Shown: piece after piece, positions 30,950 to 40,420 of the stretch
Layout of the letters: each line of letters opens with the position of its first letter
Position numbering within the stretch: the first letter of the stretch is position 1
From: Candidatus Marinacidobacterales bacterium
GTDB lineage: Bacteria; Acidobacteriota; Vicinamibacteria; Marinacidobacterales; SMYC01
Assembly (NCBI GenBank): GCA_965237955.1
Contig: OZ250169.1
Location: forward strand, 4,416,001 to 4,480,000
Direction: 5' to 3'
DNA: 64,000 nt
Notes under the pieces: model-generated
Databases searched by the model: none
Seen by the model: the letters and a program-made list of their open reading frames with translations, nothing else
What the model was told of the DNA's origin: nothing
Position numbers and translations under genes: made by a program

Positions 30950-31070
30950 AGAGGCACCAAGAATGTCGCCGGATCGAAAGACGCGAACCCGCGCCGGAGG
31001 CGCCCACTTCGCGACTTTGCGTTGTTTTTTTCTTTCCCGGAAAACAAGCTTTTCGGGCGTGGTGCAAAGC

Positions 31071-31577
31071 TCACGGAGCCCGCTCGTAGGCTAAGGCTTC
31101 CCGCACCTGTCGTGCGAGATCAGCGGGGATCCGCTCGGCGTCTTCCTCGTCGTAGAAGAACTCGTCGGCCCAAATGCGTGGCTGGTCGCCTGGTTTCACG
31201 AAATACGCCTGCAGCCGTAGTTGGCCCTGATAGCGCTCCACACTCCCCGCGAGCACGTAGTCGACGCCGAGCTCCTCCGCGATCGCGCGAGCGCCGCCAG
31301 GAATACCAAGGTAGTCGAGCGCGGTAGCACGCGGGACGACATCGAAACTCCCGAGCTCCATAAGCGCTTCGGTAATCGCCACCGTGGTATTCGACGCGAT
31401 GAGCTCGAGATCGTCGGCGCCGTCGAGGTTCCCGAACGGCAGGACGGCAACAGACGGGCTCGCGCTAGGGCTCTGGGGCTTGAGTCGCACCACAGGCTTT
31501 CCGAAGTACGCAATCGTCGCCAGCACGGCTCCGAATGCGACGATGGCGACGACGACTTTCTTCCCCGAAGAATCCAT
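31071..31577 (-). CDS. Membrane-anchored TolB-N/FlgO-like domain protein
   Basis: N-terminal TM, SVAVLPFGNL and LGVDYVLAGSV. Confidence 0.75.
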   Translation of the reverse strand: MDSSGKKVVVAIVAFGAVLATIAYFGKPVVRLKPQSPSASPSVAVLPFGNLDGADDLELIASNTTVAITEALMELGSFDVVPRATALDYLGIPGGARAIAEELGVDYVLAGSVERYQGQLRLQAYFVKPGDQPRIWADEFFYDEEDAERIPADLARQVREALAYERAP

Positions 31578-31617
31578 AGTTTGACCGATTCGGCCGAAGC
31601 GGTAATCATACTTGGTC

Positions 31618-32412
31618 ATGAAATCACTTGTTCTCGTCAAGTACGTCCCCGACGCCAACTCCGTGTTCCGCATCAATGCCGAAGGGACTTGGGTGGACAC
31701 GTCGAGCCTGTCGTATGCAGTCAACGACTACGATCGCTACGCCCTCGAAGAGCTTCTCGCGCTCAAGGACGCCGGGAAAGTCGAAGAGGTCGTTGCTCTG
31801 ACAATAGGCCCCAAAGACGCGAGCTCCGCGCTCCGCACCTGTCTCGCGACCGGCGCCGATCGCGCCATCCACGTCAACGACGACGCTCTCACTGGATGCG
31901 ATCCGCTGTCGCTCGCTCGCGTCATCCATGCCGCCATCAAAGACGAAGGGTTCTCGCTGATTCTCGCCGGCCTTCAGGCCGACGACGACAACCACACGCA
32001 AGTGGGCGGGCTCCTCGCGGGTCTCCTGGACTTTCCATGCGCGAGCGCCGCGGGGAACCTGAACCTCCAAGACGACACCACGCTTCGGGTCGAACGTGAG
32101 CTCGAGAACAACGAGCTTCAGGTCGTCGACCTGACGTTACCGGCGGTGGTCACGGTGCAAACCGGCATCAACACACCGCGTTACGCGAGCCTCAAAGGGA
32201 TCATGGCGGCGAAGAAAAAGACCGTCGCGAACCTCGGCTTGGCCGATCTCGGCCTCGACGCTTCGGACGTCGGCGGAGGCGCCGCCAAGCTTCGCACCGT
32301 GGGATTCGCCCCGCCATCCAAGGGCAAGGGCGCGGAGATCCTGACCGGCTCTCCCGACGAGATCGCACAAAAGCTCATCGGCCGTATCCGCGAGAACACA
32401 GGAGTCATCTGA
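31618..32412 (+). CDS. etfB: Electron transfer flavoprotein beta subunit
   Basis: VKYVPD, GADRAI, AGLQADD and PRYASLKGIMAAKKK. Confidence 0.95.
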   Translation: MKSLVLVKYVPDANSVFRINAEGTWVDTSSLSYAVNDYDRYALEELLALKDAGKVEEVVALTIGPKDASSALRTCLATGADRAIHVNDDALTGCDPLSLARVIHAAIKDEGFSLILAGLQADDDNHTQVGGLLAGLLDFPCASAAGNLNLQDDTTLRVERELENNELQVVDLTLPAVVTVQTGINTPRYASLKGIMAAKKKTVANLGLADLGLDASDVGGGAAKLRTVGFAPPSKGKGAEILTGSPDEIAQKLIGRIRENTGVI

Positions 32413-32415
32413 GAT

Positions 32416-33387
32416 ATGCCTACCAAAGTCCTTATTCTCGCCGAGCACGACGGAACTACCCTCAAAGACATTTCGTTCGAGCTTCTCGGGATGGCGAACG
32501 CCATCGCGGACGCCGAGGTCAAAGCGCTCCTGTTGGGAAACGGCGTCGACGGCCTCGCGGAAGAGCTCGCGTCTCGCGGCGCGAGAGAAGTGATCTACGT
32601 CGAGGGCGCGGCGCTCGAGGAATACACAGGTGACGGCTATCAGAAAGCCATCGAGCCCATCGTCAAGGAAGAAGCGCCGCGGCTCTTTCTCATCGGCAAC
32701 ACGCCGAACGGCTGGGATGTAGCGCCGCTCGTCGCGGCCAGGCTCGGGGTGCCGCTCGCAACCGGTTGCTCCGAGGTGACGCTCGAGGGAGACGAGGGTC
32801 GCTTCAAGCGCAAGGCGTTCAACGGAAAGTTCGTCCACGAAGTCGCGATATCGGATCAAAGCCCGCTCATGGCGACCATCGACAAAGGCGCTTCCTCGGT
32901 TTTCGAAGGCCAGACGTCGGGCTCGGTGCGCAAGGTGGAGCCAACCGTTCACAAGAGCGATCTGCGCTCGCGCTTCGTCGAGATCAAGAAGGGCGCCTCG
33001 AGCGGGCTCGATTTGACGCAGGCTGCGGTCATCGTCGCGGGAGGCAGAGGCGTCGGGGAAGCAGAGAAACTCGACGTCGTGCGTGAGCTCGCGGACGCGT
33101 TGGGCGCGCAGCTAGGCGCTTCGCGCGCGGTGACCGACGCGGGTTGGCTTCCCCACGAGCATCAAATCGGCAGCAGCGGCGTGACCGTCAGCCCTAAACT
33201 GTACGTCGCGTGCGGTATCTCGGGCGCGATCCAACACGTCGTGGGCATGAAGAGCTCGGGGTACATCGTCGCCATCAACAAAGATGCCGACGCACCCATC
33301 TTCGGCATTGCTGATGTCGGTGTGGTGGGCGATCTGTTCGAGATCGTGCCGGCGCTGACCAAGGCAGCCAAAGAAGCAAAAGGTTAG
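32416..33387 (+). CDS. etfA: Electron transfer flavoprotein alpha subunit
   Basis: [30 protein letters not shown] and AINKD. Confidence 0.96.
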   Translation: MPTKVLILAEHDGTTLKDISFELLGMANAIADAEVKALLLGNGVDGLAEELASRGAREVIYVEGAALEEYTGDGYQKAIEPIVKEEAPRLFLIGNTPNGWDVAPLVAARLGVPLATGCSEVTLEGDEGRFKRKAFNGKFVHEVAISDQSPLMATIDKGASSVFEGQTSGSVRKVEPTVHKSDLRSRFVEIKKGASSGLDLTQAAVIVAGGRGVGEAEKLDVVRELADALGAQLGASRAVTDAGWLPHEHQIGSSGVTVSPKLYVACGISGAIQHVVGMKSSGYIVAINKDADAPIFGIADVGVVGDLFEIVPALTKAAKEAKG

Positions 33388-33390
33388 AGG

Positions 33391-35118
33391 CTAGCCGGCT
33401 TTCTTGTTCTCTTCGGACTTTTCGGTCTTCTTGTGCTCGTCCTTTTCCTTGGGAGCATCCGGGATCGGAAAGTCCGGGTCGAGGGTGCGCACCTGATCGA
33501 AGACCCGCTCCGCGCGCTCGGTGAGCCCTTCCTTCTGGTACAGCTGAGCTAGTCCCCTGTATCAGAACAAATTAGATAAAGCAGAGCTTGCCGAAACCCT
33601 TCTAAGTGCATGAATCTTATGAATCTTATGGGCTGGCGAAAAGCCTAACTTTGTATAGTAATCAAAGATCCAGGGGACTAGGGACAAGAGATACCGCGGC
33701 TCCCACGGCTCGAGCTTGTGGGCAATCTTCAAATTCTGCTCCGCGTCCTGCCGCCATTTCGGGTTCTCCGAGAGCGCGCGTCCGAGGAAGTGATAGCGCG
33801 CGGGGTCGTTGTCCTCGTCGAGCTCCATCGCCTGGCGGCAGAGCTCGATCGCGCTCCAGAAATCTTCTTCTTTCATGGCGCGCTTCGCGCGCTTGAACAA
33901 CCGCCCGCCCTCCCCGGAGTCCGTTGGACGGATCCAATCCTTCCGCACCGAAGTTTCGGACGTGATGACCTCCCAACGCTGCTTCGATTCCTGGTATTGG
34001 CTCTCGTGGTCATCGAGCTTTTGATACGCGTTCGTAGAGGTCTGCGACGTTAGCGTAATGTAGGCCTCTTTCACGCGGGCGCGCCCGAACGAAAGCTTTT
34101 CTTGAAAATCCGAGTCCGGAATGTGCTCCCACTTCTCGGGATCGAACTTGTGGAAGCGCTCGCTGTACGCGGCTTCGATCTGCGCGTCCCCCGCGCCGCG
34201 CTCGAGCCCGAGGACCTGCCAGTGGTTGTGGCACTGGATGTCGTTATGGAGCTCGATGAGCTCCTTCTCGAACGGATCGGGGGCGGCGTCACGCGGTGTC
34301 GGCCGGGGACCGATTGGCGGATCCGCGCTGACCCTTCTTTCTTTGAGCTCTACGACGCCAGCCTGATGGAGCGCAATCAGGGTGCGGACCGCGTCTTCTT
34401 CGTCGAGCGGCGACGACTTCAAGATCTCTCCCACCGTGCTCTCGCTGTCGACGAGGTCTAACAGCGTGGCCTGTTCGGGCGTCAGCTCCATTCCGGAGGC
34501 GACCGCGAGCGCGCCGGCGGTCTGTTCGAGCACGTAGTCTTCGATGAGAACCTTGTCGCGATAAAGCCCCACATCGGGAAGGCGTTTGACCGCGTACAGG
34601 AACACGTCGCCGATGGATACCGGCGACAGCGTCACCGCCTCGACCTCCATTTGCTCCGAGAACACCAGCCGGTCCGACGGGCTCATGAGAATCGCACCAG
34701 CGATGTCGAGGATCTGGATGCGGACGAAGCGTTCGATCTCACCAGCTCCGAGGTAATCGAGCTCGACGAGGATCTGGCCGAGCTTGCGGCCCGAGCGGAT
34801 GAAGCTGATGGCGTGGTCGAGCTCGGTCGCGGTGATCTGCTGCTCGCGCACCATGACCTCACCGAGACGCTCTTCAGGAACGTTGGATCGGGCGCCGACG
34901 AGCTCGCCGCCTTCGAAGAAGACCAACCGCTTGGCGTCTCCCGCCTCGCTGATGAGCGCGCCGTTTTTGCCTGCCTCGAATGCGCTCCGCATCGCGCGCG
35001 CCGCTTTGGTGTCAAAGGTGTCGCTCAATCTGCAGATCTCCCCAACTTTGACAGAAGCAAGTTGCAGGCCAATATCGTGACGATCGCCGTCGCGCCATAA
35101 GTTCCCGCGGATCAACAC
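33391..35118 (-). pseudogene. DUF4388-like / J-like / TPR protein whose 3' end is interrupted by a MITE
   Basis: RLGEVMVR and KLGQILVE repeats, J-like NHWQVLGL...FDPEK, and TPRs. Removing 33553-33681 restores PRYLLSLAQLYQKEG...KKAG*. Confidence 0.78.
33553..33677. mobile_element. 125-bp AT-rich MITE with CTAG target duplication
   Basis: TIRs TCCCCTGTATC / GATCCAGGGGA (10/11 match); CTAG at 33549-33552 and 33678-33681. Confidence 0.88.
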
Positions 35119-35177
35119 GAAACGGGCACCAAAACGATGCGGCGGGCGGAAACTGTGGAGAAAACCCTACACCGGCG

Positions 35178-35621
35178 CTAGCCAGTGGCAGTCCAGAGCG
35201 TGACCGACTCGGGGCTGATTTTGATCAGCGGTTTCTGGTCGATGCGGGCGTTTCTGTACTGTGGGTATCGGGAACGTAGCCTCGCGATGACCGTGGCGTG
35301 CTCCTTCGCGTAACGCCCACGGGGAGCGATGGTCTCGGCCACGCCGCGCACGAGCACGTAACCGAGCGCGGTCCAGTCGGCTTCGTAGTGGTCGATCACG
35401 AGTGACACCGAAGGGTTCACCTCGATGTTCCGAAGCCGCTTCAGCCGACCCCACGAGACGCTCTTACGCTTCTCGTCGATAGGCGTATAGAAATACCCGT
35501 CGACGAGCACGAAGCAAACCGGGACGACGCTCGGTCTCCCCTCCGCATCGGCCGTCGCCAGGCGCGCCACGAGGAGCTTCTTGATGAATGCCTCGACTTC
35601 GGGCTCGATAGCGACCGTCAT
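35178..35621 (-). CDS. PPOX-class putative F420-dependent oxidoreductase (TIGR03668-like)
   Basis: VARLATAD, VVPVCF, LKRLRNIEVNPSVSLVIDHYEADW and RYPQY. Confidence 0.85.
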   Translation of the reverse strand: MTVAIEPEVEAFIKKLLVARLATADAEGRPSVVPVCFVLVDGYFYTPIDEKRKSVSWGRLKRLRNIEVNPSVSLVIDHYEADWTALGYVLVRGVAETIAPRGRYAKEHATVIARLRSRYPQYRNARIDQKPLIKISPESVTLWTATG

Positions 35622-35726
35622 GGCTCGAGTGCTTATAATGCATTATGCGCGCTCTCTTTCCAACGCTTCTTGTTCTTCCCTACCTCTGGCCTCGGGTCGT
35701 TCTCGAGCCGTAGTAGACTGGTCGCC

Positions 35727-36119
35727 GTGAAACGCCTGATCGCCCTGTTGTTGTTGTTGTGCTCCTCTTGTGGAGGTGGGGGTGGCCTGCCCACAGGCGC
35801 GTCTCCCGTGATGGCGAGCGTCGAGTTCCACTACGAAGCCACATCGGACCAACGGGCCCAAAACTTCGGGTGCAACGGCGTCGCGCGGATCTACCCCAGT
35901 TGGTGGGGATTCACCCACGCGACCATGATCCTGACGGGTGAAGGACGCTGGGCGGCGCTCTTCGAGAACGTCCCCGTCGGCCGACAATCGGTCCGTATTA
36001 CCACTCCGTTCGGTTGCGACAACCCGAGTATCGTCGCGAACGACGTCGCACTGGCCGCTCGGAACGACAACCTCGTATTCGCCTTCACCGTCCACCCTGA
36101 CGGCAGTGTCGATCACTAA
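35727..36119 (+). CDS. Hypothetical lipoprotein
   Basis: Signal MKRLIALLLLLCSSC followed by a Gly linker and a beta-rich domain; overlaps the GT2 start. Confidence 0.65.
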   Translation: MKRLIALLLLLCSSCGGGGGLPTGASPVMASVEFHYEATSDQRAQNFGCNGVARIYPSWWGFTHATMILTGEGRWAALFENVPVGRQSVRITTPFGCDNPSIVANDVALAARNDNLVFAFTVHPDGSVDH

Positions 36120-36930
36120 AACGACCGTTTCGGTCGTCATCCCGACGTTCAACCGCGCGAGCGTCATCACGCGAGCGCTCGAATCCATCCTCCTCCAGAC
36201 ACGTCCGCCTGACGAAATCCTCGTAGTCGACGACGGCTCCACCGACGATACCGCCGAGCGGGTGCGCGCCGAGTTCCCCGGCGTTCGCTTGATCGAGCAA
36301 GAAAACCACGGCGTCAGTGCCGCACGAAACGCCGGAATCCGAGCGGCTACCGGAACCTGGATCGCCCTCCTAGATTCCGACGACGAATGGCTTGCCGAAA
36401 AACTCGACCGCCAATTGCGCGCGGTGGCCACCGACGACACCGTCCTTTGCCACACCGACGAAATCTGGATCCGGCGCGGCCGCCGCGTGAACCCGATGAA
36501 AAAGCATCGGAAGCACGGCGGGCACATCTTCGAGCACTGTCTTCCTTTGTGCGTCATTTCGCCTTCGTCGGCGCTGTTGCATCGGCGTCTTTTCGAAACC
36601 GTTGGTTGGTTCGATGAAGATTTGCCCGCGTGCGAGGACTACGACCTCTGGCTCCGCGTCACCGCACGCTTTCCCGTCCTCTTCATCGACGAGCCGTTGA
36701 TCGTCAAGCACGGCGGCCACGACGATCAGCTTTCTCGCCGCTACTGGGGTATGGATCGCTTCCGCATCACCGCGCTCGAAAAAATCCTCGCGGCGGAAAC
36801 GCTCAGCGAAGCGGATCGCGCCGCGGCGGAATCGATGTTGGCGCACAAGATCGCGATCTACGCGTCGGGCGCCAAAAAGCGCGGCAAGCTGGCGGAGGCA
36901 CAGGCGTATGAGAGTAGGCTCGAAACATGA
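36106..36930 (+). CDS. Glycosyltransferase family 2
   Basis: VSVVIPTFNR, VVDDGSTD, GVSAARNAG, LDSDDEW and CEDYDLWLR. Confidence 0.93.
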   Translation: MSITKTTVSVVIPTFNRASVITRALESILLQTRPPDEILVVDDGSTDDTAERVRAEFPGVRLIEQENHGVSAARNAGIRAATGTWIALLDSDDEWLAEKLDRQLRAVATDDTVLCHTDEIWIRRGRRVNPMKKHRKHGGHIFEHCLPLCVISPSSALLHRRLFETVGWFDEDLPACEDYDLWLRVTARFPVLFIDEPLIVKHGGHDDQLSRRYWGMDRFRITALEKILAAETLSEADRAAAESMLAHKIAIYASGAKKRGKLAEAQAYESRLET

Positions 36931-37742
36931 CTCGGTTCGTCGTTGCCCTTCGCGCGGAAGCGCGCCCTTTGATCGACCGCTACCAGCTCGAAGCACTCGA
37001 ACCTGGCGACGATGGCGCATTCCGTGCGTTTCACGGAAGCGGCCGTAGTCTCGTGATCTCGGGCGTCGGTAAAGTAGCGGCGGCCGCAGCGGTAACGTAT
37101 CTTCATGAAAAGCCCCTAGAAGTATGGTTGAACGTGGGTATCGCCGGTCACCGCGACCGCTCACCGGGTGAGCTCGTGCGGGCGCACCGCGTCACCGACA
37201 CCGGGACTGGTGAGCGCTTCTATCCAACGCTCCTCGGCCTTCCTCACATCCAGACCGAAGGCGTCACCACGGTCGACGTACCCGAGACCGAGTTCGCCTC
37301 GCGCGACGTCTTCGACATGGAGGCGTCGGGCTTTTACCAAACCGCGGTTCGCTTTTCGACATCCGAGCTCGTGCAGTGCGCGAAGATCGTGAGCGACAAC
37401 GTGGACACTGGCACCGACGCGCTCACGGTTGAGCGCGTCAGCAAGCTCGTGGAACGTAACCTCCACGCCATCGATGATGTCGTCGCCCATCTCGAAACAC
37501 TGGCCACAGAGCTCGAGCCTTTGCGGCCTTTGGGAGATGCGCCCGACGTCGAGCCTTTCTTCGAGACATGGCACTTCACCACATCGGAAAGGCGGCGGCT
37601 TTCTCGGCTTCTCGTTCGCCACCGTGCGCTCCAAAGTCTGCCGACGGCTGAGGAGTTCCGCCAACTGAAAGCGGCGTCGGCGGTCTTGCAAGAGCTCGAC
37701 CACCGCGTGCGAACCCTCGCTTCGGAGCAGCGGGAGTTTTGA
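36927..37742 (+). CDS. Nucleoside phosphorylase / MTA-SAH nucleosidase-fold protein
   Basis: VALRAEA, SGVGK, NVGIAG, FDMEASGF and KIVSD motifs of the PNP/UDP/MTAN fold, plus a helical tail. Confidence 0.78.
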   Translation: MTRFVVALRAEARPLIDRYQLEALEPGDDGAFRAFHGSGRSLVISGVGKVAAAAAVTYLHEKPLEVWLNVGIAGHRDRSPGELVRAHRVTDTGTGERFYPTLLGLPHIQTEGVTTVDVPETEFASRDVFDMEASGFYQTAVRFSTSELVQCAKIVSDNVDTGTDALTVERVSKLVERNLHAIDDVVAHLETLATELEPLRPLGDAPDVEPFFETWHFTTSERRRLSRLLVRHRALQSLPTAEEFRQLKAASAVLQELDHRVRTLASEQREF

Positions 37743-38464
37743 CGCCGCTCGAGCTAATAGGAGCCGCTACGATCGTGATGCTCGGTGCGATCCTTCAAGG
37801 CTCGGTCGGGTTCGGCCTCGGCATGCTGGCGGCGCCACTCCTGGTGCTCATCGATCCCGGGTTCGTGCCCGCTCCGCTTCTGGCGGCCGCGTTGGCGCTG
37901 ACACTCCTCGTTGCGCAACGCGAGCGGCATGCCATCGACTTCAGGGGCATCGGATGGGTGCTCGTCGGCCGCCTCCCCGGCACGCTCTTGGGTGCCATGG
38001 TCATGGCGATCGCTCCTCAACAGGCGACGACCATTCTCGTCGGCGTGGTCGTGTTCGTCGCGGTTGGTCTCACCGGCTCAGGGATGAGCCTTCCGCGTAC
38101 CCCGCGCGTTCTCTTGGGCGCGGGGACGCTCTCGGGTTTCATGGGGACGACGACCTCGATTGGCGGGCCGCCGATCGCGGCCCTCTACCATGACGCGGCA
38201 GGAGCCAAGCTCCGCGGAACGATGTCCGCCATCTTCGTCGTCGGGCTCGTGATCACCCTGACGGCTCTCGCTATCGTCGGCCGCTTCGGCCGGCCGGAGC
38301 TCCACCTCGCAGCGTGCCTTCTCCCCGGCGCCATCGTGGGCTACGCGGCGTCCAGCCGTATCGCACCAATTCTCGACCGGGGCTACACGCGTGTCGCCGT
38401 GCTGAGTGTTTCGGCTCTCGCTGGTCTTTCGGTCATCGTGCAGGCGCTCGTGGCGAGCCAGTAA
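37739..38464 (+). CDS. TauE/SafE-family membrane exporter
   Basis: LQGSVGFGLGM and GTTTSIGGPP; about 8 TM helices. Confidence 0.88.
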   Translation: MTPLELIGAATIVMLGAILQGSVGFGLGMLAAPLLVLIDPGFVPAPLLAAALALTLLVAQRERHAIDFRGIGWVLVGRLPGTLLGAMVMAIAPQQATTILVGVVVFVAVGLTGSGMSLPRTPRVLLGAGTLSGFMGTTTSIGGPPIAALYHDAAGAKLRGTMSAIFVVGLVITLTALAIVGRFGRPELHLAACLLPGAIVGYAASSRIAPILDRGYTRVAVLSVSALAGLSVIVQALVASQ

Positions 38465-38468
38465 TCGA

Positions 38469-39458
38469 ATGATCGAGACAATCTACGTCGAAGACGCGGT
38501 GGCGTCCCATCCGCGGGTGCAATCGATACTCTCGAGGTTTTCGAAAGCAGCGGCAATTCCCGTCACTCGCTATGGCGAAGTGTTCAACCGCAATCATCAG
38601 AGCTTCCGACTTCAGAAACGAAAGCCCTCGTTGATCCTCGCGGAGAAGCAAGGCAACCGGGTGTTGCCGGCGCCCGAGGGCTACGGCATCGGGAGCGCGC
38701 AAAACTTCTACTTCTCTCACGTTCTCAACTGCCTCTACGATTGCCGCTATTGCTTCTTGCAAGGCATGTATCGTTCGGCGCACTACGTCGTATTCGTGAA
38801 CTACGAAGATTTTCAAGACGCGATCGTGTCCACCGCGATCGCGCGTCCCGACGAAGACGTTTATTTTTTCTCAGGCTATGACGGCGACAGCCTCGCTCTC
38901 GATAGCATCACCGGGTTCGTCGACGCGTTCGTTCCGTTTTTTGCGGAACATCCTCGTACATACCTGGAGCTACGCACAAAATCCGCCGCCATTCGACCGC
39001 TCTTGTCACACGAGCCCGGTGCAAACGTCGTCGTTGCATTCAGCTTCACACCGGTCGCTTTCGGCAATGCGCTCGAGCACGGCGTGCCCAAATTGGAAGC
39101 TCGCGTCGGCGCCATGCGGCAGCTCGCCGAACGAGGCTATCGTCTCGGGCTACGCTTCGATCCGCTTCTGTACACCAAGCACTACCGGCAACACTATCGT
39201 GGGCTCTTCGAAGCGATCTTCTCCCAGCTCGACGTTCGAAGCCTCCACTCGGTGAGCTTCGGTCCGTTCCGGATGCCACGCGACTACTTTCAGCGCATGC
39301 AGAAGCTCTACCCGGAGGAAAAACTCTTTGCGGGCCTCGACGAAGAAACTCGCATGGTCTCGTATCCGGCGGAGCTCGAGAAGGCCATGCGAGAGTCATG
39401 CGAAGAGGAACTGAGGCGCTTCGTACCGTCCTCGATCCTGTTTCCGTGTCGCCCCTAG
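38469..39458 (+). CDS. Spore photoproduct lyase-like radical SAM protein
   Basis: NCLYDCRYCFLQGMY (CxxxCxxC), ELRTKS and GLRFDP, SPL-family pattern. Confidence 0.85.
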   Translation: MIETIYVEDAVASHPRVQSILSRFSKAAAIPVTRYGEVFNRNHQSFRLQKRKPSLILAEKQGNRVLPAPEGYGIGSAQNFYFSHVLNCLYDCRYCFLQGMYRSAHYVVFVNYEDFQDAIVSTAIARPDEDVYFFSGYDGDSLALDSITGFVDAFVPFFAEHPRTYLELRTKSAAIRPLLSHEPGANVVVAFSFTPVAFGNALEHGVPKLEARVGAMRQLAERGYRLGLRFDPLLYTKHYRQHYRGLFEAIFSQLDVRSLHSVSFGPFRMPRDYFQRMQKLYPEEKLFAGLDEETRMVSYPAELEKAMRESCEEELRRFVPSSILFPCRP

Positions 39459-39535
39459 CGACGAGAAAGTTCCCTCCCTGCACTTGCCCCTGCCCCTGCC
39501 CGGGAGTGGGAACCGCGTTGTCCCAAATCGTATAG

Positions 39536-39621
39536 ATTCTTTACGGCGACGCTAACGTAAAGAATGTTAAGCCAGGTGTTTACACATAGTTGCAATGATG
39601 GACCCGTGGCACGGAACTTGT
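39536..39621 (+). promoter_or_regulatory. Putative sigma-54 promoter with an upstream palindromic enhancer
   Basis: TGGCAC-GGAAC-TTGT at 39607-39621; perfect inverted repeat ATTCTTTACG-N10-CGTAAAGAAT at 39536-39565. Confidence 0.6.
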
Positions 39622-39647
39622 ATTAGCACTTGGCAACGGTGCTCTGA

Positions 39648-39932
39648 ATGAGACACGCACAGAACCGGATCCCAATCGTCCTTCTGGCGTTTTTCGCGCT
39701 CGCGACACCCGTTATCACTCAGGCGGATCTGGTGTGCCCGCTCTGCGACGCCGAACCCGTGGTGACGCTCGGCGTCGCCGAGGTCGTCGAGCTCGTGCTG
39801 TCGACGGTGATGTACAAAGGCGTCGCCGTCCTTCTCCTCGGCGCGACTGCCGTCGTCAGCTTGCCGTGGGTCGTCGCCGGGGTGGCTGTCGCTCTTTTCT
39901 ATGTCCCTCGCTGGCTCAAGGCCTCGTCTTGA
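39648..39932 (+). CDS. Small exported/membrane protein with CxxC
   Basis: Signal-like N-terminus, CPLC and a hydrophobic C-terminal half; directly after the putative sigma-54 promoter. Confidence 0.6.
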   Translation: MRHAQNRIPIVLLAFFALATPVITQADLVCPLCDAEPVVTLGVAEVVELVLSTVMYKGVAVLLLGATAVVSLPWVVAGVAVALFYVPRWLKASS

Positions 39933-40098
39933 CCTTCTCGAGCTCGTCGTAGACGTCTTCTTTCCAATACTGCGAGCGCACGTGCTCCACGAGCTGCACG
40001 CGGTAGCTCTCGGATTCGATGGCGATGAGTTGCCGATCCGCACCCCGATATAGAATGCCGGCTCCAGCAGGGCCATGAATGAAAACGGTGATGACGCA

Positions 40099-40202
40099 GG
40101 AAAAAAATAACGCAAAGTCGCAAGGGCGCAAAGGTTCGGGTTCACTTCGCTTCACTCGACTCGCTTTCTTTGCGCCTCCGCGTCTTGGCGCCTTTGCGTT
40201 TG
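40099..40202. repeat. Palindromic ACGCAAAG-type dispersed repeat; partial inverted copy at about 31000-31037
   Basis: AACGCAAAGTCGCAAGGGCGCAAAG...CTTTGCGCC...CTTTGCGTT; the reverse complement of 31000-31037 contains AACGCAAAGTCGC. Confidence 0.6.
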
Positions 40203-40420
40203 TTTTTTGGATCAGACGCACTCTCTCCAAGAAGATAGATCATGGGTTACACCGTTCCTTGCTCGCGAGGCCCGATTCGCGCAGGAGATCAAAAAAAGTC
40301 GCTTTATCGGCGTCGCGACCCGGGTGTCATCGGCCAGAGACGCCACCGAAGCGCTTGCCACGCTGAAAAAGGAATTTCCCGACGCCACCCACCACTGCTG
40401 GGCGTACGTTCTCGGAAACC

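Noticed and set aside
28871-31327. 818-aa Arg-rich ORF
   Set aside because: Alternate frame of dctQM in high-GC DNA; only the 21-codon ABC relic near its end looks real.
33562-33564. In-frame TGA as possible selenocysteine or readthrough
   Set aside because: It lies in the MITE terminal repeat region; no SECIS-like hairpin or catalytic context is evident.
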